From the NCBI GenBank assembly GCA_964482205.1, contig CAYZWI010000007.1, positions 25,740 to 89,739 on the forward strand: a stretch of 64,000 nucleotides of DNA. Direction: 5' to 3'. The position numbers were made by a program, and so were the translations under genes. Below the pieces are notes generated by a model. It did no database searches, was not told where the DNA came from, and saw only the letters and a program-made list of their open reading frames with translations. Numbering within the stretch: the first letter of the stretch is position 1; each line of letters opens with the position of its first letter. This stretch comes from an uncultured bacterium (GTDB taxonomy: Bacteria; Eisenbacteria; RBG-16-71-46; CAIMUX01; WJJG01). This document shows, one piece after another, positions 35,871 to 46,022 of the stretch.

Positions 35871-36571
35871 GCCGTCCCCTCCGGTTCGGCGGTCGGCGGG
35901 AGGCCCTTGGAGGAGTAGCGGCCGGGGTCCGGGCCGCCTTCCTCGGGAGCGGCGAGGCCATCATCGAGCGGCCCGCTCTCGACATTCAAGCTTGCGAGCA
36001 AGGCCGAGCTCGAGAGGGCGCGGATGGCAAAGCGCATGGCGCACAGGAAGAATCCGGCGAAGGTCGGGAACATCAGGATCCAATTCGGAATGCCGAGGAG
36101 CCCAGCCGAAGCGGCCGCCTGCTCCTCTCCGAGAAACATCCATGCGGCTCGCGAGAGGGCGAGGCAGATGATCGCGGCCGCCGCGAGCGTCAATCGCAGC
36201 AGGCGCACGCGGGCCGGCTGAGGAAGGAGCCGGCCGAGCAAGTCCATCTGAATGTGGCGCAGGCGGCCGGTGGCGGTGACCGCTCCGGCGAAACCAATCC
36301 ACAGCACCAGCACCCGCATCATCGGCTCCACCCAGACGATGCCGGTGTGGAAGAGATTGCGCAGGACGACTTGCAGCATGCCGAGGCCGACCATGCCGAG
36401 GATCAGAAGCGCGAGGAAGGTCTGCTCGACCAGCCCGACCGGCCGGCTCCAGGAAGACGCGCCCCAACGGCGGCGCACGAGCCAGCGCAGGAGCGAAGCG
36501 GCCGCGATCACGATGAGGGCGACCGCGTAGTAGACGCCCGCCGGAGCGAGCGTGGCGAAGAGGCCGTTCAC
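35867..36571 (-). CDS. dctQ: TRAP transporter small permease subunit
   Basis: It has four predicted TM helices. It overlaps dctM by 4 nt and dctP by 4 nt, in the classic P-Q-M order. Confidence 0.8.
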   Translation of the reverse strand: MNGLFATLAPAGVYYAVALIVIAAASLLRWLVRRRWGASSWSRPVGLVEQTFLALLILGMVGLGMLQVVLRNLFHTGIVWVEPMMRVLVLWIGFAGAVTATGRLRHIQMDLLGRLLPQPARVRLLRLTLAAAAIICLALSRAAWMFLGEEQAAASAGLLGIPNWILMFPTFAGFFLCAMRFAIRALSSSALLASLNVESGPLDDGLAAPEEGGPDPGRYSSKGLPPTAEPEGTA

Positions 36572-37617
36572 CGGACCGCGCCTTGTCCGCTGCGCGCCTG
36601 GCTGACGACCGCGATCAGCCGGTCGAGAAGCTCCTTGTCGTACAGCTTTCCGGTGAGGGTGTCCCAGACGCGCGTGCCGATCTGCTTGAATTCGGCGACC
36701 GCCGAAGGATCGGGCGCGAGCGACTGGATCTTGGCCTCGCCCATGGCCGCGATCGCTTCTTCATTCTGTTTGCGCGTCGCCTGGTTCAGGCGCGAGAAGA
36801 CATCGGCCGCGATGCGGTTCAGGATTTCCTTCTGGGATTCGTCGAGCTGGTCGTAGGTCTTTCCATCCAGAACGACGGCGCCGTTCGAGAAGGTGAGCGG
36901 GAAGTCGACGCGATACTTGAGACGGCTGAACCACTGCAGCGAGAGGCAGGCATAGGGAGTGACATAGACCGTGTTCACGATCCCCGACTGCAGGCTGATG
37001 AGCACATCGGTGATGTCGAGCGGAATAGGCGAGACGCCGATCGCGTCGAGCAGCGCCTCCGCGAGAGGATCGCCCTGCCACAACCACACCTTCTGCGCGC
37101 GAAGATCGTCGGCCGTGCGGATGGGCTGCTGGCTGAAGAGATAGACGAAGCCGACTTCGGCCCAACCGAGCAGATGATAGCCGCGGGCGCGCAGGCGCTC
37201 CGCGAAGATGGGATCGAGCGCCGCGTGGGCCGCCTCGAGCTCATCGGTGTTGTTGAACATGAAGGGCAGCTCGAGAATCCGCATCGAGGGCTCGATCTCC
37301 CCCATCCCGACGCCCGCGATGCCGCCGCCCTGAAGCTGGCCGCTGCGCATCTTGCGCAGCACGTCGAGATCGCTCCCCTGCTGCCCGCCCGGATAGAAGC
37401 GAAACCCCACTTCCCCGTTCGTCTCTTCGCGCACGCGGCGATCCAGCTCCTCCATGAGCGTCATCCAGGTCGAGCCTTGAGGGGCGATCGTCGCGACCTT
37501 GAAGAGATGCTTGGGATTCGCCGCGCCGGCCGTGGAGGCGAGCGACAGGGAGACGAAGAGCGCGAGGAACAGGAGGATGAGCCGGCGGCCTCTCGCCATC
37601 CGCGGGATTCGCGCCAT
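36568..37617 (-). CDS. dctP: TRAP transporter solute-binding protein (DctP family) with signal peptide
   Basis: DctP blocks are present: FKVATIAPQGSTWMTLMEEL, RMRSGQLQGGGIAG, LPFMFNN and QKVWLWQGDP. The signal peptide is MARGRRLILLFLALFVSLSLASTAGAA. The start (37617 or 37599) is uncertain. Confidence 0.85.
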   Translation of the reverse strand: MARIPRMARGRRLILLFLALFVSLSLASTAGAANPKHLFKVATIAPQGSTWMTLMEELDRRVREETNGEVGFRFYPGGQQGSDLDVLRKMRSGQLQGGGIAGVGMGEIEPSMRILELPFMFNNTDELEAAHAALDPIFAERLRARGYHLLGWAEVGFVYLFSQQPIRTADDLRAQKVWLWQGDPLAEALLDAIGVSPIPLDITDVLISLQSGIVNTVYVTPYACLSLQWFSRLKYRVDFPLTFSNGAVVLDGKTYDQLDESQKEILNRIAADVFSRLNQATRKQNEEAIAAMGEAKIQSLAPDPSAVAEFKQIGTRVWDTLTGKLYDKELLDRLIAVVSQARSGQGAVR

Positions 37618-37791
37618 CCGCGAGACACGCGGCCTTTGCGCAACCGAGGCCATGCGCGAGCCGCTCGCCCTTCCCAAGACCGAACGCATGTGCATCACCA
37701 TCGCCATGTTCACCACCTTCCCGCCGGCCGCGTGTGCCCCGGCCGGCCGGCCGCCGGGGAAGTCGGCCGGCGGCGGTTTGTGCAGATCTCG

Positions 37792-38700
37792 CTAGAACAA
37801 CTCGTCCTGACGGCGCAAGAGAGCCTCGGCCTGCTTGTGCGCAAGCCGGTTGATGAAGCGGATCTCAGGGATGACATCCGGCGGCGTCGCCAGCACTTCG
37901 TTCAACGCGTTCACAAATTTCTCTTTGTCCTGCCCGGCCACCGCTCGATGGCGGGCGTAGAGCACACGATGCAACAGAAAGCCACGCCCTCCGATCTCCA
38001 TCGCTCGTTGGAAGTACCGGTCGGATTCCTGAAGGTTCCCCCCGAGCCCTTGGGGAATCGTGGCGAACATGATGCCCTTGACCGCATATGGCATGCCGTA
38101 GAAGTAGTCGCCCTGAAGCGCGATCGCCGCATCCAGGAGAACATCGACGAAGGGCAGTCCGAGCATCTCGCGCGGCTGGTCCTGATGCGCGAGCACATGT
38201 TGGCCGAGACACGCGCCGGTCCACAGAAGGAGCGGCGCGAGCTCGCGCGGCTTGCGTTCGTCCAACTCCGCGCGCATACGATCGGGCCCCGCGTCCCACG
38301 CCTCAGCGAACCACTTCTTGCGCATCAGGAAGCGCAAGCCGACATCCTTGCCTTCGGCATACAGCGCGGCCGCCCATTCTTGATCCTCGTCCTGGGCGAA
38401 CATCATCGCGTAGGAGGCATAGAGCTGCACCGTCGTCGTGTGGATGTCGAGGTGATCCGGATCGGAGCGGCACATCCCGCGCAGGAGCAGAAGCTGGCCG
38501 GGCAGGCCTTCCTGCACGGTGCGGACATCACCCGAAGCGAACGACTCTCCCATGGAAGCGTCGATCAGAGGCGCGGTCATCCCGGCCACCAGGCGCTGGC
38601 GCGAGCAGCCCGATCCTCCCAAGACCAGCAGAGCTGCCAGGCAGACGAGCGCCGCGAGCCTGCGGGCCGCCGCACGGCCCTGTGCGAATTCTCCCCGCAT
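37792..38700 (-). CDS. TRAP-transporter-associated TatT-family lipoprotein (TPR-like)
   Basis: The lipobox is LVLGGSGC. The all-alpha TatT-like fold region is WAAALYAEGKDVGLRFL ... GDYFYGMPYAVKGIMFATIPQGLGGN. It lies immediately upstream of dctPQM. GAGGA lies 4 nt before the ATG. Confidence 0.7.
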   Translation of the reverse strand: MRGEFAQGRAAARRLAALVCLAALLVLGGSGCSRQRLVAGMTAPLIDASMGESFASGDVRTVQEGLPGQLLLLRGMCRSDPDHLDIHTTTVQLYASYAMMFAQDEDQEWAAALYAEGKDVGLRFLMRKKWFAEAWDAGPDRMRAELDERKPRELAPLLLWTGACLGQHVLAHQDQPREMLGLPFVDVLLDAAIALQGDYFYGMPYAVKGIMFATIPQGLGGNLQESDRYFQRAMEIGGRGFLLHRVLYARHRAVAGQDKEKFVNALNEVLATPPDVIPEIRFINRLAHKQAEALLRRQDELF

Positions 38701-39077
38701 CGCATCCTCGGTTGACGAAAGCCGACGAGCCCGGACGAGCCGTCGAACGCTATCGCGGGCACCCTTGCGCTTCGGGCCCGCGAGCGGCCGCCGGATCCCG
38801 CGAGAACGCCCCGGGATTCGGGCAGCAGGGCACTCTACGGGAGCGGAGAGCCCAAGTCAAAGCGTGAAGGGCATCAGACCCTTGGGTTCCGCGGCGCCTG
38901 CTCTGGAAGCACCCGGAAGTCCTCCTAACCTGCCACCGGGAACCTTGCTACGCCCTTTATTGTGAGCTACTCCTTGGCGGCTTGACGGGGAGGAACTTCT
39001 TTTCTAGGATGCCTCGCATTCTCGATGTAACCAGTTGTCCCCGTTCGAATTGAAGCACTGTCTGACGAGGTGTTTCC

Positions 39078-40064
39078 ATGATCGAGGTACGCAATCTCTC
39101 CAAGTTTTTCGGAGCGACGGTCGCGCTTTCGGATGTCACTTTCGATGTTGCGAGCGGAGAAGTGCTCGGCTTACTCGGGCCCAACGGCGCGGGCAAGACG
39201 ACGGCCATGCGCATCATCACCTGCTACATCCCGCAGGACGGGGGCACGGTGCGCGTCGGCGGTCTCGACACTGTGACCGACAGCGTCGAAGTCCGGCGCA
39301 AGATCGGGTACCTGCCCGAGAGCGCTCCACTCTACCAGGACATGGGCATCGTCGCGTACCTCGAGTTCATCGGCCGCATCCGCGGACTCACGAACGCGCG
39401 CCTGCGTTCGCGCATCGACGAGATGATCCAGGTGTGCGGGCTGCGCAAGATGGCCCATCGCACGATCGGCACGCTGTCGAAGGGTTATCGCCAGCGCGTG
39501 GGCCTGGCCCAGACCCTGATTCACGACCCCGATGTCCTCATTCTCGACGAACCCACCACCGGCCTCGATCCCAACCAGATCGTCGAGATCCGGGACTTGA
39601 TCCGCAGCATCGGCAAGCAGAAGACGATCGTGCTCAGCACGCACATCCTGCCCGAAGTCGAAGCGACCTGTTCGCGCGTGCTGATCATCAACGAAGGGAA
39701 ACTGGTGGCGAGCGGCGCCCCCGGGGAACTCGCCGCGCAATCGCAAGGGGAAGCCAAAGTCTTTCTCACGGTGCGCGGCACTCCCGAGATGATCGAACCG
39801 GTTCTGCGCCGGAGCGGGTTCGCCACCGACCTGCGCCTGCTGGAGGCCCCCGCGGGCAAGGTCCGCTACGCGATCGGCAGCGTCGAGGACGAGCCGGAAG
39901 AGCGGCTGTACGCGCTCGCGGTGGCGAACGGCTGGACGGTGAGCGAGCTGATGCGCGAGTCGATGAGCCTCGAGCAGGTCTTCACTCACTTGACGACGCG
40001 CGAAGCGGCCGCGGCGCGCGAAGCGGAGCCGGCCCAGGTTTCGGAGCCGTCGCCGGTGTCGTAG
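39078..40064 (+). CDS. ABC transporter ATP-binding protein (GldA-like)
   Basis: Walker A is GPNGAGKT. The signature is LSKGYRQRV. Walker B is ILILDEP. The H-loop is present, followed by a C-terminal extension. Confidence 0.85.
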   Translation: MIEVRNLSKFFGATVALSDVTFDVASGEVLGLLGPNGAGKTTAMRIITCYIPQDGGTVRVGGLDTVTDSVEVRRKIGYLPESAPLYQDMGIVAYLEFIGRIRGLTNARLRSRIDEMIQVCGLRKMAHRTIGTLSKGYRQRVGLAQTLIHDPDVLILDEPTTGLDPNQIVEIRDLIRSIGKQKTIVLSTHILPEVEATCSRVLIINEGKLVASGAPGELAAQSQGEAKVFLTVRGTPEMIEPVLRRSGFATDLRLLEAPAGKVRYAIGSVEDEPEERLYALAVANGWTVSELMRESMSLEQVFTHLTTREAAAAREAEPAQVSEPSPVS

Positions 40065-40133
40065 GCGCCGCGGGATGCGCGCCGCGGGGGGCGCGAGGGG
40101 TTTGGGGCCGCCAGGCGGCCCTCGGACGAAGAG

Positions 40134-40865
40134 GTGCGCGGGATGAACAATGTGCGGACGATTGCGGCGAGGGAGTTTCAGAGCTACTTCAGCTCGACCA
40201 TCGCCTACATCTTCATGGTCGTGTTCCTGGTGCTGACATCGCTGCTCTTCTTCGAGCTGCAGAAGTTCTTCGTGATCGGCCAGGCGACCCTGCGCGATTT
40301 CTTCGGGCTCGTGCCGATCGTCTTCCTCTTCTTCGTGCCCGCCATCTCCATGCGCATGTGGGCCGAAGAGCGCAAACTCGGCACCCTCGAGATCCTGATG
40401 ACCCTGCCGGTCAAGGACTGGGAGGTGGTCATCGGGAAGTTCGTGGCCGCCTTCCTCTTCCTCGCCATCACGATCGCCTTCACCCTGCCCCTGCCGATCA
40501 TGGTCTCCTGGCTCGGGAATCCCGACACCGGCGCGATCGTGGGCGGCTACCTGGGCCTGATCCTGCTCGGGGCGACCTATCTCGCGATCGGGCTCTGGAT
40601 CTCGAGCCTGACCGAGAACCAGATCGTCGCCTTCATTCTCGCCGCGGTCGTCTGCCTGTTCCTCTTCATCATCGGCGTCGACATCTTCCTCACCGCGCTG
40701 CCGAAGTGGATCGTGCCCTTCTTCAAGGGCATCGCGCTCGGCAGCCGGTTCAATTCCATCGAGCGCGGAGTCATCGATGTGCGCGATCTGGTCTATTACC
40801 TGTCGATGATCGGATTCTTCCTGTTCCTGAATGTGCGCTCGGTCGAAGCGCGGCGCGGCGCCTGA
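40134..40865 (+). CDS. ABC-2 family permease (GldF-like)
   Basis: It is a 6-TM ABC-2 type permease immediately downstream of the ATPase gene. Confidence 0.75.
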   Translation: MRGMNNVRTIAAREFQSYFSSTIAYIFMVVFLVLTSLLFFELQKFFVIGQATLRDFFGLVPIVFLFFVPAISMRMWAEERKLGTLEILMTLPVKDWEVVIGKFVAAFLFLAITIAFTLPLPIMVSWLGNPDTGAIVGGYLGLILLGATYLAIGLWISSLTENQIVAFILAAVVCLFLFIIGVDIFLTALPKWIVPFFKGIALGSRFNSIERGVIDVRDLVYYLSMIGFFLFLNVRSVEARRGA

Positions 40866-40916
40866 CGCCAGGCGCGGGATCGCCCTCGAAGAACGGGCCA
40901 GAAGGAGAACGGAACG

Positions 40917-42704
40917 ATGCCAGCAGCCCCTGACAAGAGCCGCCGCTCGGCGAAGACGATCGTGGCGGTCGCCCTGGTCGCCGCCATCCTGGTGCTGCTC
41001 AATGTGATTCTCGCGGGCATGCCCATGCGGCTCGATCTGACGGAAGGCAAGGAGTTCACGATCTCGCGCGCCACCCGGGATGTGCTCGGCGATTTGCGCG
41101 ACCTCGTCACCGTCACCGTCTACATGTCTTCCGACCTTCCGCCGCAGCTCTCCACGCTTCGCCGCCAGGTGAGCGATCTGCTGGACGAGTACCGCAATTA
41201 CGGCAAGGGGCGGGTGCAGATCGACTTCGTCGATCCCGCCAAGAATCCCGAGATTGAAGCGCGCCTGCGCACGCTCGGCATTCCCCAGATCACCGCCCAG
41301 ACCGTCGAGCAGGATCAGCTCCAGGTGGTGAACATCTATCTCGGATTGCAGGTCAGCTATCTCGATCGCCAGGAAGTCATCCCCGTCGTTCAGGACACCT
41401 ACACGCTCGAGTACGATCTCACCTCGGCGATTCTCAAGGTCAGCCGCGAAGAGAGTTTCGTGGTCGGGTTGCTGGCCGGGCCGACCGTTCACGATCCGGC
41501 CACGCAACTGACCGGACTACGCAGCCTGCTGGAGAGGCAATTCGAGGTCCAGGTCGTCAATGTGGGCGCGGGCGACGAGGCGGTTTCCGAGGAAGTCGAT
41601 CTGCTCCTCGTGGCAGGCCCTTCGCAAGTCCCGGATGCCGTCAAGTACCAGATCGATCAGTTCATCATGCGCGGCGGGCGGGTGATCTTTCTGGTCGACC
41701 CGGTGCGCCTGCCCGAGGGAGGCGGGCTGCAGGCCTTTCCGCTCGAGTCGGGGATCGAGGACCTGCTCGCCCATTACGGCGTGCGCGTGCAGAACGCGCT
41801 CGTCGTCGACCGGGCCCTGAATGCGCCGGCGAGCTTCAGCAGCGGATTCCTGCGCTACACGCTCCCCTATCCCTACTGGCCGAAGGCGGTGCCCGATCTG
41901 CTCAACTCCGAGAATCCCGTGACCAGCCGGCTCGAGTCGCTCGTGCTTCCCTGGGCGGCGCCGATCGAAGTCGACGTGCCCGTCGGCCCGGGCGATCCGC
42001 TGTCGAGAATCGAGAAGCTGACCAAGGCCGACCGGCAGGCGCGCGAAGAGATGGCCCAGAAGCTCGGCGTCGACTTGCCTCCCGACCCGTCGGTCGCGCA
42101 GGAGCCTCTCGCGCAGGCGGCCGCGGACGGCAGCGACGCGGTGACCGCGAGTGTGCTCGCGCGCACCTCGCCGCGCGCGTGGTCGGTGAGCGGGCGCTAC
42201 GATTTGAATCCGCAACAGGACTTCGTGCCCGGCAAGGCCTCCGCGCAAATTCTCGCCGTCGCGCTCTCGGGAAAATTCCACAGCTTCTACGAAAACCATC
42301 CCGTGCCCGGCGTCGGCGGCGGCGAAATGCCCGAGGCCGGGACGGGCGCCGTGCCGCCCTCGCGCGCACTTCCCGCGCCGGCGCTCGAAAGCCCCGACAC
42401 GCGGATCATCGTCGTCGGCAACGCGCTCTTCGCCACGGACAGCTTTCTCGGCCAGTTTCCCGAGAACTCGCTCTTCCTGCAGAACTCGATCGACTGGCTG
42501 ACTCTGGGAGATCGCCTGATCAGCATTCGTTCGCGGGGCGCGACCGACCGGCCGCTCAAGCCGCTCTCGGAAGGAGCGAAGTCCACCGTGAAGCTGCTCG
42601 TGATTCTCGGAGCTCCGTTGCTCGTGATCGGCTTCGGACTCGTGCGCATGTCGCTCAAGCGGCGAACCACCGGCGCGCTCGAAGTCGCGATGCGGGAGGC
42701 GTGA
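40917..42704 (+). CDS. GldG-family ABC-transporter auxiliary protein
   Basis: An N-terminal TM is followed by GldG-like blocks (LDLTEGKEFTIS, VTVTVYMSSDLP, VDPAKNPEIEARLRTLGIPQ) and a C-terminal TM. It forms the usual GldA/F/G triad. Confidence 0.75.
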   Translation: MPAAPDKSRRSAKTIVAVALVAAILVLLNVILAGMPMRLDLTEGKEFTISRATRDVLGDLRDLVTVTVYMSSDLPPQLSTLRRQVSDLLDEYRNYGKGRVQIDFVDPAKNPEIEARLRTLGIPQITAQTVEQDQLQVVNIYLGLQVSYLDRQEVIPVVQDTYTLEYDLTSAILKVSREESFVVGLLAGPTVHDPATQLTGLRSLLERQFEVQVVNVGAGDEAVSEEVDLLLVAGPSQVPDAVKYQIDQFIMRGGRVIFLVDPVRLPEGGGLQAFPLESGIEDLLAHYGVRVQNALVVDRALNAPASFSSGFLRYTLPYPYWPKAVPDLLNSENPVTSRLESLVLPWAAPIEVDVPVGPGDPLSRIEKLTKADRQAREEMAQKLGVDLPPDPSVAQEPLAQAAADGSDAVTASVLARTSPRAWSVSGRYDLNPQQDFVPGKASAQILAVALSGKFHSFYENHPVPGVGGGEMPEAGTGAVPPSRALPAPALESPDTRIIVVGNALFATDSFLGQFPENSLFLQNSIDWLTLGDRLISIRSRGATDRPLKPLSEGAKSTVKLLVILGAPLLVIGFGLVRMSLKRRTTGALEVAMREA

Positions 42705-42843
42705 GCGCGCGTCCGCGAGCCGGCTACGCAAATGAGCGGGCGATCCGCATCAGCAAGCCATGTGGAATGAGCAAGCCATACGCGACAGACAAGCGGTGCG
42801 CTTTCCGGCAAGGGAGAAGTCTCGTCCAGGAGGTCTCAAGCCG

Positions 42844-43779
42844 ATGAAGGACCGAACGATCCTCATCCTCGCCATCGTCGCCGTCGGGCTCGTCGGGCTG
42901 GCGCTCTTGACGCGGCGTGTGGAGCATTCGCGCGAACAGATCAAGTCCGGAATGATCTTCCCCGAAGCCCGGGCGGAGAAGGTGGCCGCCATCGAGATGA
43001 TCGCCCAGCAGGACACCGTGCGTCTGCGGCGCGAGATGGGCCGCTGGCTGGTGGCTACCGAAGGCGACGAGCCCGCCGACACCGCCGCGGTGCGAGGCCT
43101 GCTGGAGAAGCTCTCCTCGTTCGATCGCAAGTACCGCGTCTCCAACAATCCGGCGATGCAGGCGACCTTCGAAGTGGACGACGCCTCGGGCATGGAGGCG
43201 CGCCTCCTGGACGCCCAGGGAAAGACCCTGGCCGACTTCCGCCTGGGCAAGAACGGGCCCGATTTTCGCAGCCAGTATGTCCGCCCCGCGGCCTCTTCGG
43301 AGGTCTACCTGATTCCCGAGTACCTGCGCGGCAGCTTCGATGTGAATCGCGCCACCTGGCGTGAGCGCACGATCTTCGCCTTCGATCCCGTCCGCGTGCA
43401 GCGAGTCTTCATCCAAGGCGGGAAGGAATCGTTCCAGATCGACAAGACGCCCGCCGGCGAATTCGTCTTCGCGGGCCCCGACAGCGTGCGCGCGAAGAGC
43501 AACCTCGTGCAGGCGATCGCGCGAACGCTCTCGACGCTGCGCGCGGACGACTTCCCCGACTCCGTCCTGACCGCGCAACAGGCCGGACTCGCTCCCCCGC
43601 GCCAACGCGTGCGGGTGGATATGGAAGACGGCGGCAGCCACGAGCTGCGCATCGGGCGGGAGACCTCGGGATCGCGCGTCTTTGTGGCCCGGGATCAGGA
43701 CGAGACGCTCATGCTGCTGAGCGCGGGACGCGTGAGCGCGCTCATTCGCGACGCGGCGACCCTGCGCGAGGAATCGTAG
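42844..43779 (+). CDS. DUF4340-like protein (commonly found downstream of gldG) with an N-terminal TM anchor
   Basis: It starts MKDRTILILAIVAVGLVGLALLT, and AGGAGG lies upstream. The assignment rests on position and general similarity, so it is tentative. Confidence 0.5.
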   Translation: MKDRTILILAIVAVGLVGLALLTRRVEHSREQIKSGMIFPEARAEKVAAIEMIAQQDTVRLRREMGRWLVATEGDEPADTAAVRGLLEKLSSFDRKYRVSNNPAMQATFEVDDASGMEARLLDAQGKTLADFRLGKNGPDFRSQYVRPAASSEVYLIPEYLRGSFDVNRATWRERTIFAFDPVRVQRVFIQGGKESFQIDKTPAGEFVFAGPDSVRAKSNLVQAIARTLSTLRADDFPDSVLTAQQAGLAPPRQRVRVDMEDGGSHELRIGRETSGSRVFVARDQDETLMLLSAGRVSALIRDAATLREES

Positions 43780-43780
43780 C

Positions 43781-44782
43781 CTACGGAACGGTCACCTCTC
43801 GTTCTTCGTCGAGCTTGACCCGCGTTCCGTGCGCGACCCGCAGCAGGCGCCGCATCACCGCTTCCAGCGCGCGCGCGGAAACGGGGCGGCCGAGAATCGA
43901 GATCACGCTGCGGGGAATCGCGTGCGGAGAGGCGTGCGCGATCCACTCCCGGTCGCCGGTCACGAGAACGACCGGCAGCGGCTGCCCGCGGTTCTCGATC
44001 CATCCCCAGAGGGCGCTCCCCTCGTCGGTCCTCAGCGTGAAATCCTCGCAGACGAGCATGCCCGGAGGCCGGAAGCGGATGCTCTCCAACGCCTCTCGCT
44101 CGCCTTCGGCGGCGCGCGCCTGTAAACCCCGCGCGCCGAAGTACCGCGCGAGGTAACTCGCCTCGGCGCGCTTCTCCATCAAGATGAGCGCGCCTTCGTC
44201 GCGAGCGCTCACGGGCAGGAGGCGCTCCTCGCCGAACGAGGCGGCCATCCGTTCGGCAAGCACCGTGGCTCCCGACGGCGCGGACACGAGTTCGATGTCG
44301 AGTCCCAGGCTCTCGATTTGCGGCGCGTACTTCGCGGGACGGTCGGTCAGGGCCCAGAAGGGCGGCGGCGAGAGCGCGACGAAGGAATGACCGAGCAACT
44401 GATACGCGGCGAGGGTCTCGAGATCGATGAGCGAGGGGCCATGGCCCGTGAGCGTGCAAGCCACGGCGCGAGGGAATTCGCGATCGACCGAAGCGATCGC
44501 TTCCGGCAGCGAAGCGGCCCAAACGGAGCGCAGCCCTCGCTCGCCCAACGCGCGGGTGAGCCGGCGGGCCGTGCGAAAATCGCTCGTCCAGACCAGAATG
44601 GAGCCCCGCCCGGCGACGCTGGCCAAGGTCTCCGTTCCTTCTTCTGCGCTCCCTGCCTCTCCTGTGCCCGCTCGGGAAAACGGGCGCAGGACGAGGGAGA
44701 ATAGCCGAAGGGCGGGGCGGCGCAATGGTCCTTTTCTTGTGGATCGAAGATTCGGTCTGGCCTGGCGGTAAGAGCGAACCAT
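43781..44782 (-). CDS. hypothetical protein with two tandem receiver-like (pseudo-receiver) domains
   Basis: The first REC-like unit is ILVWTSD ... AVACTLTGHG ... FVALS, and the phospho-acceptor Asp is absent. The second is ALILMEKR ... MLVCEDFTL ... VVLVTGD. The start is uncertain (no internal ATG near the N-terminus). Confidence 0.45.
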   Translation of the reverse strand: MVRSYRQARPNLRSTRKGPLRRPALRLFSLVLRPFSRAGTGEAGSAEEGTETLASVAGRGSILVWTSDFRTARRLTRALGERGLRSVWAASLPEAIASVDREFPRAVACTLTGHGPSLIDLETLAAYQLLGHSFVALSPPPFWALTDRPAKYAPQIESLGLDIELVSAPSGATVLAERMAASFGEERLLPVSARDEGALILMEKRAEASYLARYFGARGLQARAAEGEREALESIRFRPPGMLVCEDFTLRTDEGSALWGWIENRGQPLPVVLVTGDREWIAHASPHAIPRSVISILGRPVSARALEAVMRRLLRVAHGTRVKLDEEREVTVP

Positions 44783-44897
44783 TCATTGGCTTCGGCTGGT
44801 TTTTGCGGGTCTTGCCGACCGCGAGGGCAGAATCCTGGCAATGGACTGCCTTGAATCAGGTTGCATCCGTGCAGGCCGAATCATCGACCCACAAGGG

Positions 44898-45989
44898 TCA
44901 GAAGAGGTCCTTGAAGCGGCTCAAGTCGAACACGCGCTGCACGTCGTTCACGAGCACGAGGATGATGAGCCCGAGCAGAAGGAACATCCCCACCTGCTGG
45001 ATCGCGAGACGGGTGCGGATGGGCATCTGCCGGCGGGTGATGCCTTCTCCCAGAATGATGAGCAGGTGCCCGCCGTCGAGGGCCGGAACGGGCAGCAGGT
45101 TCAGGCATCCGATGTTGATGCTGATGAGGGCGATGAAGCTCGCGAGATAGACGAGGCCTCTCCTGGCGCTCTCGCCCGACATCTTGGCGATGATGATCGG
45201 CCCGCCCAGTTCCTTGACCGAGATCTGCAGGGTGATGAGCTTCCAGAGATTGGTCGAGACGAGCGCGATCACATTCGCGGTGCCGGTGACCCCTGACAGA
45301 AGCACTTCGCTGGCCGACGCTTTTCGAAAGACGGTCTCGGGAGCGATGCCGATCAGCCCCCACTGCTCCTTCTTCCCTTCGATCTCGATCTCGTGCGATT
45401 GCGAGACGAGCTGCACATCGGTTTCCTGTCCGTCCCGCAGATAGCGCAGATGGATTTCCTGATTGGGACGAGGGTGGATCTGCTCGAGCAGATCGTTCCA
45501 GCTCTGAATGGCCTGGCCTTCGATCGCGACGATCCGGTCGCCCGGGCGCAGGCCCGCCTGCTCGGCCGGCCAGCCGGGAGTGAGGTCGCCGACGACCGGC
45601 GCCGAGCTTGCCTCGGGCATCCCCTTCACCGCGGCGATCCCCGTGTACACGAGGACCCCGAGCAGCAGATTCATGATCACGCCGCCGCTGATCACCCAGA
45701 TCTTCTGCAGCGTGTTCTTCGACGCAAATTCCCAGGGAGCCCCGGTGAGCGCGACGCCTCCTCCCGAGCTCTCGTCGATCATCCCGGCCATCTTCACATA
45801 GCCGCCGAGGGGCACCCAGCCGATGCGGTACTCGGTCTCGCCTCTCCGGCGGCCCACCATCTTCGGCGGATACCCGAGGGAAAAGACTTCCACGCGAATG
45901 CCGACCGACTTCGCCGCAACGAAATGCCCGAGCTCGTGCACGAACACGATCACGCCGAGAACGACGATGAAGGCGAGAAATGTCAGCAT
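44898..45989 (-). CDS. rseP: RIP metalloprotease RseP (site-2 protease)
   Basis: HELGH is in TM1. It has a PDZ domain (GDRIVAIEGQAIQSWNDL) and the LNLLPVPALDGGH motif (LDG). Confidence 0.85.
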   Translation of the reverse strand: MLTFLAFIVVLGVIVFVHELGHFVAAKSVGIRVEVFSLGYPPKMVGRRRGETEYRIGWVPLGGYVKMAGMIDESSGGGVALTGAPWEFASKNTLQKIWVISGGVIMNLLLGVLVYTGIAAVKGMPEASSAPVVGDLTPGWPAEQAGLRPGDRIVAIEGQAIQSWNDLLEQIHPRPNQEIHLRYLRDGQETDVQLVSQSHEIEIEGKKEQWGLIGIAPETVFRKASASEVLLSGVTGTANVIALVSTNLWKLITLQISVKELGGPIIIAKMSGESARRGLVYLASFIALISINIGCLNLLPVPALDGGHLLIILGEGITRRQMPIRTRLAIQQVGMFLLLGLIILVLVNDVQRVFDLSRFKDLF

Positions 45990-46022
45990 CGGCTCCTCAA
46001 AGTTCAGGAAGACGAACGCGAG

